Of a DNA stretch of 64,000 bases, positions 12,154-24,246 are shown piece by piece (positions within the stretch are counted from its first letter, which is position 1; every line of letters begins with the position of its first letter). This DNA comes from Macrostomum lignano (lineage: Eukaryota): NCBI GenBank assembly GCA_002269645.1, contig NIVC01002975.1, positions 1-64,000 on the forward strand, given 5' to 3'. The position numbers and the translations under genes are program-made. The notes below the pieces were generated by a model, which saw only the letters and a list, made by a program, of their open reading frames with translations, was not told where the DNA came from and made no database searches.

Positions 12154-15100
12154 TCACTCTGCAGGCTGGTTCTGCTCAATCATATCCTTCACCGACATTG
12201 TGAGCACCCGGGCGAACTCTGGAAGTTTTTTGTAAACAAAATTAAATATAAAATCTGGCAATATAACGATATAGCCAGCAACCCTGCCATCAGATCTTCA
12301 GTGCCAGCCCCCCTGTCCACCAGATCTTCAGTGTCAGCCCCCCCCCTGTCCACCAGATCTTCAGTGCCAGCCCCCCCCTGTCCACCAGATCTTCAGTGCC
12401 AGCCCCCCCCCCTGTCCACCAGATCTTCAATGTCAGCCCCCCTGTCCATCAGATCTTCAGTGTCAGCCCCCCTGTCCACCAGATCTTCAATGTCAGCCCC
12501 CCTGTCCACCAGATCTTCAGTGTCAGCCCCCCTGTCCACCAGATCTTCAGTGCCAGCCCCCCCCTGTCCACCAGATCTTCAGTGCCAGCCTTCCCTTTCC
12601 AATGTCCCTAATTCGCACCTTCGATGCTCAGCTGACCGTCGCCGTCCATGTCCACCAGATTCATGAGTTCTTCGATCTCCTCGTCAGTCAGAGGCTCCTT
12701 GCCCATGGCTGTCAGGCCATCCTTGAGCTCCTGGCGATCAACGTAGCCCGAGCCGTCGGTGTCGAATACCTGTAGAATAAATTTTAAAGCCTGGATTAGT
12801 TTAATTACCGAGTTGAAGTAAAAGGGGTTGTGGCTAGAGCGCCGGACTCACGACTGAAAGTTCGGGGGTTCGATTCTTGCGTCCTTGAGCAAGACACTTA
12901 ACTCTGCATTGCTTCAGTTCACCCAGCTGTAAAATGGGTGCCAGCATTATCTGGGGTAATTGAGGGTGTGTGTGGCGACCCCCCAGTCCTTGGACTGAAC
13001 AGCCCCACGCAGCCTTCAGATGCGCCGCAATAGCTTATATATATATAGATATATGTAATGAGGTAGAGGATGTTACATTCTATACTCGATTTTCTTAGAA
13101 ATCAGCTGAAATGCTATATGCTATTTAAATGCTATAGAAAGCCCATAGCGCTGAATGGGCTTTTACCATAGACAAACTCGGTCGAAAAAGATACTAAATG
13201 CAATAGGGTTTCGGCTCGTTTCTAAGAAAATCGAGCTTAACTTCTTTTTCTTCACTCCAACGTCTGCACCACCCGTACTAAAATTTTGATGATAAAGTGT
13301 CCAGCTTAGAGAGAAGATTTTTTATTTTAAGTTTCAAAGAAACTGAATATGGGCTTCTGTGACTGAAGTTTTACAAAAGGATTGCTGAATATACCAACAG
13401 CTACCGCCATGAGATCTCATGATTCTGTCAAATTGCACTGACATGTAAGTGATCAGATGGATTAAATTTTTGAATACTTTTTTTCAGAAAAATTTTTCAA
13501 CTTTCAAGTCGTCCACGATTGATACTTCCTTCCCGCTTGCCCGGACAACTTTTATGAACAGAAAAAAATACAGTAAAGTCCTTGATAACTCACGCTGAAT
13601 GCTTTGCGCAGCTTCTCCATCCGGTCGTTCTTCTGCTTCTGCTTCTTTTTAGCCATGGCGCAGAACTCCTTGAAACTAACTGTCCCGTTGCCGTCTGCAA
13701 TTGAGCACAAGACGGAACAATTAATGATAAGAAACTTTGAGTCTAATATGAGCGTACAGGTAGTAAAATTATCCTTAGCTAACCTGTGTCAACTTCTTCC
13801 ATCATCTTTTTGATGGAATTCTCCGACACGTCGCAGTCGGCAACCTGCATAACATTTCGCAGCTCAGTCTCGTCGATGCTGCCGCTGTTGTCGGCGTCGA
13901 ACAATTGGAAGCAACTGTAGACAACTGGAGCAGCGGGTGGGGCAGTGAGGAATCGTGTAACACGTTAGCGGAAGTCGTCTGGGGATCAGCTGCTTGTGAT
14001 TTGCTTTGGGTAGCAGTTGAGAGCGTTGTTTCTTATGCAACTGTCCGAGTAAGCGTTTGTGAAAGCTAAGACGTGTTTATGATGTCTTCTAAAGAGTGTT
14101 TGTGAAGGCTTCTAAGAACAATGATATGATGGCGTCAGAGAACGTGGTTGTGATGGCTTCTAAGTATATGGTTGTGATGGCTTCTAAGTATATGGTTGTG
14201 ATGGCTTCTAAGTATATGGTTGTGATGGCTTCTAAGTATATGGTTGTGATGGCTTCTAAGTATATGGTTGTGATGGCTTCTAAGGATATGGTTGTGATGG
14301 CTTCTAAGTATATGGTTGTGATGGCTTCTAAGTATATGGTTGTGATGGCTTCTAAGGATATGGTTGTGATGGCTTCTAAGTATATGGTTGTGATGGCTTC
14401 TAAGTATATGGTTGTGATGGCTTCTAAGTATATGGTTGTGATGGCTTCTAAGTATATGGTTGTGATGGCTTCTAAGTATATGGTTGTGATGGCTTCTAAG
14501 TATATGGTTGTGATGGCTTCTAAGTATATGGTTGTGATGGCTTCTAAGTATATGGTTGTGATGGCTTCTAAGTATATGGTTGTGATGGCTTCTAAGGATA
14601 TGGTTGTGATGGCTTCTAAGTATATGGTTGTGATGGCTTCTAAGTATATGGTTGTGATGGCTTCTAAGTATATGGTTGTGATGGCTTCTAAGTATATGGT
14701 TGTGATGGCTTCTAAGTATATGGTTGTGATGGCTTCTAAGTATATGGTTGTGATGGCTTCTAAGTATATGGTTGTGATGGCTTCTAAGGATATGGTTGTG
14801 ATGGCTTCTAAGTATATGGTTGTGATGGCTTCTAAGTATATGGTTGTGATGGCTTCTAAGTATATGGTTGTGATGGCTTCTAAGTATATGGTTGTGATGG
14901 CTTCTAAGTATATGGTTGTGATGGCTTCTAAGTATATGGTTGTGATGGCTTCTAAGGGATGTGGTTGTGATGGCTTCTAAGGATATGGTTGTGATGGCTT
15001 CTAAGGATATGGTTGTGATGGCTTCTAAGGATATGGTTGTGATGGCTTCTAAGGGATGTGGTTGTGATGGCTTCTAAGGATATGGTTGTGATGGCTTCTA

Positions 15101-16012
15101 AGGATATGGTTGTGATGGCTTCTAAGGATATGGTTGTGATGGCTTCTAAGGGATGTGGTTGTGATGGCTTCTACGGATGTGGTTGTGATGGCTTCTAAGG
15201 ATATGGTTGTGATGGCTTCTAAGGATATGGTTGTGATGGCTTCTACGGATATGGTTGTGATGGCTTCTACGGATGTGGTTGTGATGGCTTCTACGGATGT
15301 GGTTGTGATGGCTTCTAAGGATATGGTTGTGATGGCTTCTAAGGATATGGTTGTGATGGCTTCTAAGGATATGGTTGTGATGGCTTCTACGGATGTGGTT
15401 GTGATGGCTTCTACGGATGTGGTTGTGATGGCTTCTAAGGATATGGTTGTGATGGCTTCTACGGATATGGTTGTGATGGCTTCTACGGATGTGGTTGTGA
15501 TGGCTTCTACGGATGTGGTTGTGATGGCTTCTAAGGATATGGTTGTGATGGCTTCTAAGGATATGGTTGTGATGGCTTCTAAGGATATGGTTGTGATGGC
15601 TTCTACGGATGTGGTTGTGATGGCTTCTACGGATGTGTTTGTGACGGCTTCTAAGGGATGTGTTTGTGATGGCTTCTAAGGGATGTGGTTGTGGTGTCAG
15701 AGGACGTGGTTGTGACGGCGTCATACTTTTTAGTAAATTAAATTAGCACATGCTTGTTAATAATGAAATTTGTGAAAATATTTATGGAAATATTTATTTC
15801 CATTTCATAGAATTTTACAAGCAAAACAATTCGTTGGAAGCCTCTTTGGTTGTCCACCCACCTCTGGCCTCGTCCTCGGTGAATCCGCACTCCACAGCTT
15901 CGTCAATGCGCTCCTGCGGTATCTGCAGTGATGACGCAGTGGATTACTTCTCATATTTTAATCAATTCTTGATAATCCATAACTTGATACTTACATAGTC
16001 AGACTCAGACAT
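12154..16012 (-). CDS. Calmodulin-like 4-EF-hand protein, 178 aa
   Basis: Exons 16012-15995, 15922-15862, 13924-13784, 13694-13594, 12769-12619 and 12218-12154, phases consistent. Loops DADNSGSIDETE, DTDGNGTVSFKE, DTDGSGYVDRQE and DMDGDGQLSIEE. Confidence 0.92.
12290..12590. repeat. About 30-bp minisatellite, about 10 copies, in an EF-hand gene intron
   Basis: Unit ctgtccaccagatcttcagtgtcagcccc(c). Confidence 0.95.
12825..13035 (+). mobile_element. SINE family 1, copy 2 (with tRNA head)
   Basis: A-box-like tggctagagc and B-box ggttcgattc, followed by the same core as copy 1. Confidence 0.85.
13085..13235. mobile_element. 151-bp MITE
   Basis: Perfect 17-bp TIR ctcgattttcttagaaa / tttctaagaaaatcgag, extendable to about 27 bp with mismatches. 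No clear TSD. Confidence 0.7.
14140..15710. repeat. 24-bp minisatellite, about 65 copies, in an EF-hand gene intron
   Basis: Unit atggttgtgatggcttctaagtat. The MVVMASKY ORFs are artefacts. Confidence 0.97.
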
Positions 16013-16643
16013 GGCTGCAGCAGTGCTGTATTTGGCGAGTCACTGGGGGCGAGAGTAATAGGAGTGCGAACGCGGTCGCCAAGGAGTGAGCGTCAAGCCT
16101 TTATTGAGTAACTGTGTACTCGAAAGTATGCCAGTCTGTCACCCAGCGTAGCAGTTTGAATTGCTTCATTTTCTATTTGCTTTAGCCTGCTGCACTCGCT
16201 GTGCAACAAATAGCAATGCCCCTGCGGCTGAGTGCACTCGTGGGGTTGCGTTGCTGGCAGGTTTTTGTGAACGTAGTTACAGCCAGAGCCTATAGAGCCC
16301 TCTGCTGAGCTCTACTCTAGCTTTAGCCGTTGCCATTGGCAGCAGATGTACGCAAGTTGAGAAAGAGAAGAGAGAGCTAAAGAGAGGGAGAGAGGTGAGA
16401 CAAGATAAGAAACGATTCTGCTTTCTGTAGCAATTATTATGTACCATTAGATAGATTTTGATTATATACTTATCCCTATTATATGGCTGGTATATATGTA
16501 CATGTACATGTATATATGTACAATCAATCCACATTTGACTTTTATTCAGGAGGAAGTAGATTAACTAGAAACTGAACTCTAAATTGAAACTTTCAGGATC
16601 AACAACTTGCTACATGTAATCGTGTTTAGCCGAATAATCGAAC

Positions 16644-17564
16644 AGTAACGTAACGGAAAGGCGTACTAATTGCATCATAAGCATCTAATTTACCCATGTT
16701 GGCTACCCAACAGGCATGAGAATACCTGTGCAAACCCCTGGGCTCTCTGGCGCTGAAGAGAGTATACAGCCGCCAGGCCTCGCCCCCCTCCCCAGACTTT
16801 GTCCACCTCTGGATGGTGCGGTAGCTGACGCTTGCGACCGAGATCCCTGTGCGGGAGTACACCCGGTATAAACTCCCACTAACGAGACAGGTGTCAGGGG
16901 AGGTCGCAAAGACGGGGAGGAGTGGACATTTAGCGGGTGCCTATTGGGGAGGATCCTGAAGATCTAGGAGCAATCATGCAAAGTATTTAGGGGAAATTAA
17001 ACTTGGTCCTATAGGGGGAGATCGGCGGTTCCGGTACTGAGTTTACCGGGGAAGGTTCGGTCTCGCGTGAAAACAACACAAGGGACGGAAACTAGTGAAA
17101 CGAGTACAGGTCCCGATCGAGGTGTTGAGTCTGAGGGCTCAAAACGGGTTCCTATTTACGCGTATAGCCCTGCTGAGATCACTCGTCATGCGATCACGTG
17201 AGTCGTTACTTGTCCCTGACCTCCATTACCAAGCAACCCTGATGACGTCACTGTCTAGCCACGCTGCGATTGGACGAGAAATTGGGGCGGGGCGCACGGT
17301 GGAGAATTTTTTTATGATAGAGAAGTGGGATTTAATTATGGGATTACGTAACCACGGGGAAAGCTAGCTTGGGAAGATAAGTGGTCATAAAACTGTCACA
17401 CGCATGAATTATTTCTAACAATAGAAAAGAGGTGGGGTTGGATGATAAGCATTTGAGTCCTCGTGATGACTCATCCCGGCCGGAATAAGTCATTGCGGGG
17501 CCCAATGATCACAGGGAGGGAAAGGAGGTGCGCAAAAGTTAGTGGGGAGGCCCAGGACGCTACT
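16644..17564 (-). mobile_element. LTR-like segment, boundaries tentative
   Basis: AGTAACG...CGCTACT inverted ends. CRE, CCAAT, GC-box, AP-1 and C/EBP motif cluster like the 3025-5239 element. No TSD found. Confidence 0.35.
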
Positions 17565-19108
17565 AAATCAAAATTTATTCTTCGAGTAATGGTTCTTTTT
17601 AGCTACCTGTAGTTCACAGTATAATTTGTCCGAGTAGAAATCGTTTCTTTTGAACCAAACGCTACGACGAAATCAAGTGTAACTCTTACACATGTGCAGG
17701 CATTTGTCATGGTATATCTATCGAAATTTCGCTGCTGAAAGGCTACATATGTACATTAGCTTGAGCCTTAAAAATATCGAACTCTTAAAAGTAGGCAATG
17801 TACTTTTGTTTATTTACGAATGAAATAATACCTATAGTTAGGAGGGAGCATGGCCTCTATAAAAACTGCTTTGTTGGCAAATTCGAATTTCGGTAGGCAC
17901 CGAATGAGTACTGATAATTTTAAGTGGCGTTTGTATGCAAAACGATGCATCACTTTCGGCACCTAGTGGCTATACTAATGCATGTGATGGGTTTCGGCCT
18001 TTTCGGCTTCTTAAAGAAAAGCCTTTGGGCCTCAGGTCTCAGAAATAATTATCAGTTAGAGTCCTGGCCCCCCACTCCTGTCAGATGGTCAGCCCCAAGA
18101 AGCTTGATCTGTGGCGAGCAGTCTAGGTCCTATAGCTAAGAGAGGGACAGCGAGAGACAAGCAGGGAGAATTTTGAAGGTAGAGATCAGCTAATCCGCGG
18201 ATTAACTAACCCGCTGCCACCAGACCGTGCGTTCTGGCTTACCAAACCGGAACTTTCGAAATCGGGCTTTCGACTAGAAGGGGCTTCAGCACTTACCTGC
18301 CAACTAGTGTCTTTTCGCTGTCAATCTCGAAGTCATAGCCGATCATAAGGGACACTGATGGGACTAGATCGCATTGGCCATGCAGGTACAGAGGGGACTT
18401 GTGCAGGGGATTCTTGCAGTGGCGAGACTATGGGGTAGCTACATGTACTATTACATTGCTAAATACGAAGATATGTACTTTTGGCCTTCAACGCGCCAAC
18501 CAGCCTCTCGTAGCGCTGATGATAGACTAACCCGAACCCATGATTCACCACCCGAGCCGCTTGGCGAATCTAGAGTGCACGGAAGCACATCTCTGGCGCC
18601 GATTTTGCACTATTGACAATTTCGCTAACTGATTTGATAGAACTGCCTCGCCATTGGTCCACTGTGCTTACTAGCTTAGCTATACTCATCTGAGCCATCG
18701 GCGAACAAAGAAATAATACCGATAAATATAACTGTCAGATTTAACCTTCTCACTAAATAACTTCACACTTCAGATTGAAATGGAGTAATCAGACTACTAT
18801 CAGTATTATTGACTGATTTCTGCCTCAGTAACAGCACTACTGAACAATATGAACAAAAATGTGCGCCTAATCCAGCTACTGAAATAGGGGACAGACAAGG
18901 AATCACCCAATCAAGCAATTCTATAGGTAGCCTCTCACCCAACCAATCAGAAACTCGACAGCCGGAGGCCAGGCAATCCACAGTGACCGAATCGGCTTCA
19001 GCTGTAGGCCCGGGATGATGATGTCATAGTCTTTACTGATAGCTAGCAGGTGATGATCTTTACCTCGATGATTGATGCAGCTGACCGGGGGATTCGCCCT
19101 TGATGATG

Positions 19109-19474
19109 AAGGGGGGTGTTGCAATCCGGGGATCAAGGCCGACGACGGTCAGGTGTGGGTTAGAACAAGGTAAGGGGCGGTGCCCGGTTAGGCCAAGGTC
19201 CGCCGAGTCAGAGGTTTGTTCGCGTTTGTCCGCGGTTGAGTCCGAGCGGGCCAAAAACATCGATTTATATAGCCGCCAACTGGACTGCAATTTAATTGAT
19301 AAAATGGAACACCTCGACACTGATTGGCTGAGCCGATTTGTTATAACTGACGTCGAATTTTCTGATTGGCTGAGCTTGTTGCCACCCAAACTCACGTTAC
19401 CAAAAGATCCTATCAGTTTCCTCGGGGCCATAAAAATACGCCAGGTGCGGTCATGATCACTCAAAATCGCTACA
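19109..19474 (+). mobile_element. Polypurine tract plus 3' LTR remnant
   Basis: AAGGGGGG (19109-19116) directly followed by TGTTGC (19117), TATA-like tttatatag near 19264, and GCTACA ending at 19474. No matching 5' LTR seen. Confidence 0.45.
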
Positions 19475-22016
19475 TTTTGATTTATGACCATGACATACGT
19501 AGAAATTACAAAAATTAAAGAAAAAATATACATTAAAAAGATCTTTTTAAGTAGAAAGTGAAGATGGTGAAGAGAAATCGATAATCTCTAATCCCAAAGT
19601 ACTTTTTAGGGGTAAAAAGCATAGCTGTCAAAGCTGTCACACGCTTGAGTGAACACGAACAATAGGACTGACCTAAAAAATCTGATGACCTGTCAAAAAT
19701 GATGAGAAACAAGCTAACCGCCCGCATCCACTCAGACCATCTGGCGCCAGCCTCAATACTGAGTGAGGCGCAGGTGGCTGATGTCAGACAAGCTCGCAAG
19801 CAATGATTTACGACCCAGCTCGAATTTACAAAATTTTAACTTACGAAATATTTACGAAAAACAGCGAAAACCGCGCCTATATGTTATTATGACTACAAGT
19901 ATGGTAAAATCACATAGCTACGAAAATACTACTAGTATAAATTCTAGGAAAATTTCATAAAAGGGGAAAATGCCCATAGTCTGCTGTTAGTAGGCTAAAA
20001 AGTTTGGAACCCATGTACAAGCGTGATCAGATTTGGAAAAAGTGCGTCCTCATCACATGTACATAATTACTGCGATCGATCGACGGCATTTTGTCAGATT
20101 TGACACGCCACCGCTGCATACCGTATGTATCTGCTCTCGTATCAACAAAATTTTAACATGGATTAAGGCTCGTTCACTAGCATCAAATTACGTCAAAAGT
20201 CCAATTTTGTGAGATCACACGGCTTGTACATTGGTTGTGTGATTTGAAGGCTCATAAATTTGATAGCAGTGTGAATCGGCCTTTAAAAAGGATTACTGGA
20301 TTCTCCGCATATCTAATAAACAAATGCAAATTTATTTGATAAATCTTGCAGTTTTTTAAGACAGTAATAATAAAAAATAATTTTGGCGCTGTGCATAAGC
20401 CGACTGTACGTTTCTTATAATATTGTACGTTAAATTGGCCGGGTGCCACAGAAATCTAAATGTACATACATGTATAGCAACAGTATCAATTTACAGTACT
20501 TCTGTTCTGATGTGCATTTTTTCTGCAGTGCACTCAGCTGACAATGCACACCTCGTGCTTAAGTTGAAGTCATGTGTTGTTACTGTTAACGAAGGGGATG
20601 GGGTTTGTCTGACAGCAGACGGCTAATATATGAAGCCCTGGTTACGATCGATAAATCAGACTTAAAAATACTTGTCGCCGTATTTGCTTTCGCCGAATAA
20701 TAGTCCGTGTTAATTTCTGTTGCCGAATTTGTTTATCGCCAAATTTGCGTGCATCCGTTAAATTTGTATTACAGAATTCTTAGAACCATAGACGACGAGG
20801 CCTTAATAAGTCACTAATTGGTAATTAGGAGTCTTTCTAGATTCACCACATTGTACCAAAGCACGTAACTGGTTCATGTTAGCTGAGTATGCTAGCTGAC
20901 TGATTTCGAAATAGAAATTTCAATTGCTAAATTACTTGCTTTTGATAGACATTTATTTGATGGTTAAATGAAAAATAAAAAACATTTGTCAACTTTTCTA
21001 TCAACTTTTGTGTCAACTTTTCCATCATTCTTTATACGATTCACATGTTTATGTCTATGAAAATGACTTAACTGCATCATTAGTAGGCCTAGGGCCTATT
21101 TTTAATTTTAATTCTATTCAAATGCACTAACCATTTTCTAAATTTTTGCTTTATTATATAGTTATATTTCCATTTTTTGCCTTTAATGCTTTTATATGTA
21201 TTCACATGGGCGTCGCCATTCGGGGGGGGGGGGAGACAGGCAAAAACTATAGGCCCAAGGACATGTGCCAACAATGTACCTTAATTGTCCTTCCTCCCAA
21301 CTCCACCTTGTGAACCATTATGGTAATGAATAATTTTGCTTTAAGGCAACAAAACATAGTGTCAGCAGTGCCATTATGAGTGCTGACAATACCAATTGCT
21401 CGAAGTTGATACAAAGGTTGATACAAAAGTTGACAGAATAGTTGATAGAAAATTTGATGCAAAATTGACAACTCAAAAATGATACAAAAATGAATACAGT
21501 TTGTTTTTTTACCCTAGAATTGTTGCCTATCTATCCTAGAATTGTCTATCTACCTTAAAATTGTTGCTTATCTACCCCAGAATTGTTTATCTAGCTTTGC
21601 CAAATTGACTTTTGGCCAATTACTTTTAGCAAAAAGGTTTCAGCAAATTGTCTAATAATTATATTTGAGCATGTTTAAAATCTATAGGCCTATAATCTAA
21701 AAAGAAATTTAGATTCAAATTGAAATTTTATTTAATATGAAAAAGGCAACACAAGGATAAATCCTAGTATTTTTGGATAAAGAAGTCTTTCTAATACATT
21801 AGTATATTTTGCTATAATATAATTATTGATCTCATTAAAGTATTAGGAAGGCAATGCCTTTCAAACATAATTATTGGATAGGCAATTGCCTACCCTACCC
21901 CCTCTCCTAATAGCTTTGCCCAACCTGCCCATTAGGTAAGCAATGATTTAAATATATAAAAGTTGTCTATAATTTTTTTAGATTTGCTTTAATAGGACCT
22001 AATATTAGATAAAAAT

Positions 22017-23210
22017 TAGTGATGGACCGAATGTGGATTTTTGCAAGTTTCTGAAACCGAATCCGAATGTACAAAAAAAATCCGAATCCAAATCCGAATG
22101 TTTCTGAATGAAAGCAAAGTGTCAGGTAAACGGCGGGAGTAACTATGACTCTTTTAAGTTACGAAAATGTCTCATCATCTAATTAGTGCGCACATAAATT
22201 GACTGACAAGATTCCATCTCTCCTGGGATTATATTCGTACTCGTACTTTTATCTTAGGGGTCGGATGTGATCACAATTGTGAATTCAAGACCATTTTTTC
22301 ACGATAGTGATTTTGTTGAAACCTGTTCCAACAGTTGTGAATTTCTGCTTACATTTTTATTAGAAATATAACTTTTCTACTTGATTTACCAAAAAACGTG
22401 AACACAAATGTGTAAAGAATTAACAAATTTTAAATTTGTTGACTTGATAGCATTACGGCCAAGTAGCTATTATCAATATACGAGTATGATTTCTTTTCTT
22501 GTTTGTTATTTTCAACACTTGTAACTTACAAGCTCATAACATGTATGCTAATATAAATTCACAATCACGATCACGCCTGCCTTTGAAAAATTCACGCATG
22601 ACCAAAATCTTCTACTTGTCCGACCTCTACTGATATCTATCGCGAAACCAAATTTAAAGAGACGGACTTAGATAGGAAATTCAGTTCTACTTCTACTGTG
22701 TTGCATGAACATCTAATTCTAGTACTACTGACTATAGCTAATGAGTGACATATATATATACAGTGCAATTATGATAATTTTACTGTACATACGTATAGTC
22801 CATGCATTTTGAAAAAACCTGTTATTACACTTAAACAATAATTACCAAAATATTTCCGTAACTTTAGGTTTATTGTCTTACGGGTCCCTAGGTTTAGTAA
22901 ATTTACTTATTCAACTTTTTTAAAACATATATTGCTGCAAAAATAGACAATCGTAGAAAAAAAAATAATGTGATAGATTTTGCTCTTTGCCTTTTAATTT
23001 TCTTTCTTTTTAGTTTTTAGTTTCTTTATTTAATGGGTTGCATGCTTTGGTTTCTTGATTTGTAATATTTATTTTAGATTTGAATTTTAGAAGCACATTC
23101 GGAAATATTCGGAAAAAAAAATTTCCGAATCCAAAACATTCGGATTCCTATAAAAGTAAGACTTTTTTTCGGATTCGGATTCCGAATCCGAATATTCGGA
23201 TCCATCACTA
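22017..23210. mobile_element. Non-autonomous hAT element, 1194 bp
   Basis: TIR tagtgatgga(t)ccgaat, subterminal ccgaat/attcgg repeats, and a perfect 8-bp TSD ATAAAAAT (22009-22016, 23211-23218). Confidence 0.92.
22125..22224 (+). pseudogene. Degenerate 28S rRNA fragment inside the hAT element
   Basis: ggtaaacggcgggagtaactatgactct is identical to the conserved eukaryotic LSU sequence, and similarity continues through catctaattagtg to agattcc. Not a functional rRNA gene. Confidence 0.9.
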
Positions 23211-23574
23211 ATAAAAATCTATATTTTTTATTTTATATGATGCTAGTTAATATTGGCATTGATCCTAATAGAAATCATTTTGTATTTAATATTAAAAACT
23301 TATAAATGAATTACATGACTATTTTAAGTCTAAAATAGCATGAAAATTGCCATTAGAAATTATCAAAAGTAAAAAATGTCATCCTTAATTTATAGCCTTT
23401 CTTGGTTATATATTAAGTTTTTATAGCCTTTCTTAATTACATATAAAGTTTTTAGATAGCCATATTTGCTAAGGCTAGGTCTAAGAGAAGACAAATTTGA
23501 AATTTGCTGTCATTTAGAGCCTATATGCCCTTTTTGAAAATTTTGGCAGTTTAATATTCTAAGATATGTATGCA

Positions 23575-23810
23575 GTCATACGCACAGGCACACACTCACA
23601 CAGAGTGTACAAGGGCCCTGACTTTATTTATTGTTAGGCATGTACACTTCACTGTGCTTTGAGGGTTGGCCCTCAAGCTGGGCATTCATTGCACAAGCAG
23701 AGCCAAGCCGAGATTCCAATTTAGCTGCAAGTTAATATGACTGCACTTGGAATCAAGCCTGGGCTGCTGGCACATCAGAGTGCTACGCTAGACCACTAGG
23801 CTATGGCCTC
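23575..23810 (-). mobile_element. SINE family 2, copy 2 (tRNA head intact)
   Basis: Minus strand: A-box tagcctagtgg, B-box-like ggcttgattcc, then the family-2 core. Confidence 0.75.
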
Positions 23811-23939
23811 CCAAGCTCCTGGAGACACTTTGTTCCCCAGTTCAGGCGACAAAAGGTGGCATTTCAGTCAATTATTTTAGCTCAAAGAAAGCTCAAAGTT
23901 TCATGCTGATGTCCTCCATTTTTTGTCATTGCCTCTGGA

Positions 23940-24100
23940 TGTGTCCTTGAGCGAGACACTTAACTCTGCATTGCTTCAGTTCACCCAGCTGTAAAATGGG
24001 TGCCAGCATTAGCTGGGGTAACTGAGGGTGTGTGTGGCGACCCCCCAGTCTTTGGACTGAACAGCCGTACGCAGCCTTCAGATGCGCCGTGCAATAGCTG
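23940..24100 (+). mobile_element. SINE family 1, copy 3 (5'-truncated)
   Basis: Core and 3' part nearly identical to 221-380. Confidence 0.85.
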
Positions 24101-24246
24101 ATTGTTGCTATTATTATCTAAATAATGAAAGCTTGGTATCTTTGCCTAAACATTTGGATGAAAATGACAATTCTTTTGAGCAAATTTCACCCAAGTCTGT
24201 CCAGAGTAAATCAACCATTTTAATTGGACTTTCTAGCTTACTAAAA

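Noticed and set aside
12825-12880. tRNA gene
   Set aside because: The A/B boxes belong to a SINE head, with no complete cloverleaf. The same applies to 23750-23810.
14096-15724. Long repetitive ORFs (MVVMASKY, RSHHNHI) and similar ones at 25784, 29186, 30499, 33235, 34002, 37695, 56276, 59336, 61430 and 62899
   Set aside because: They are translations of minisatellites, open in several frames or strands, and mostly inside introns of well-supported genes.
17800-19108. Possible gag/env ORFs upstream of the 19117 LTR
   Set aside because: Only short ORFs with no recognisable motif.
22125-22224. Functional rRNA gene
   Set aside because: Only about 100 bp, many substitutions, and embedded in a transposon.
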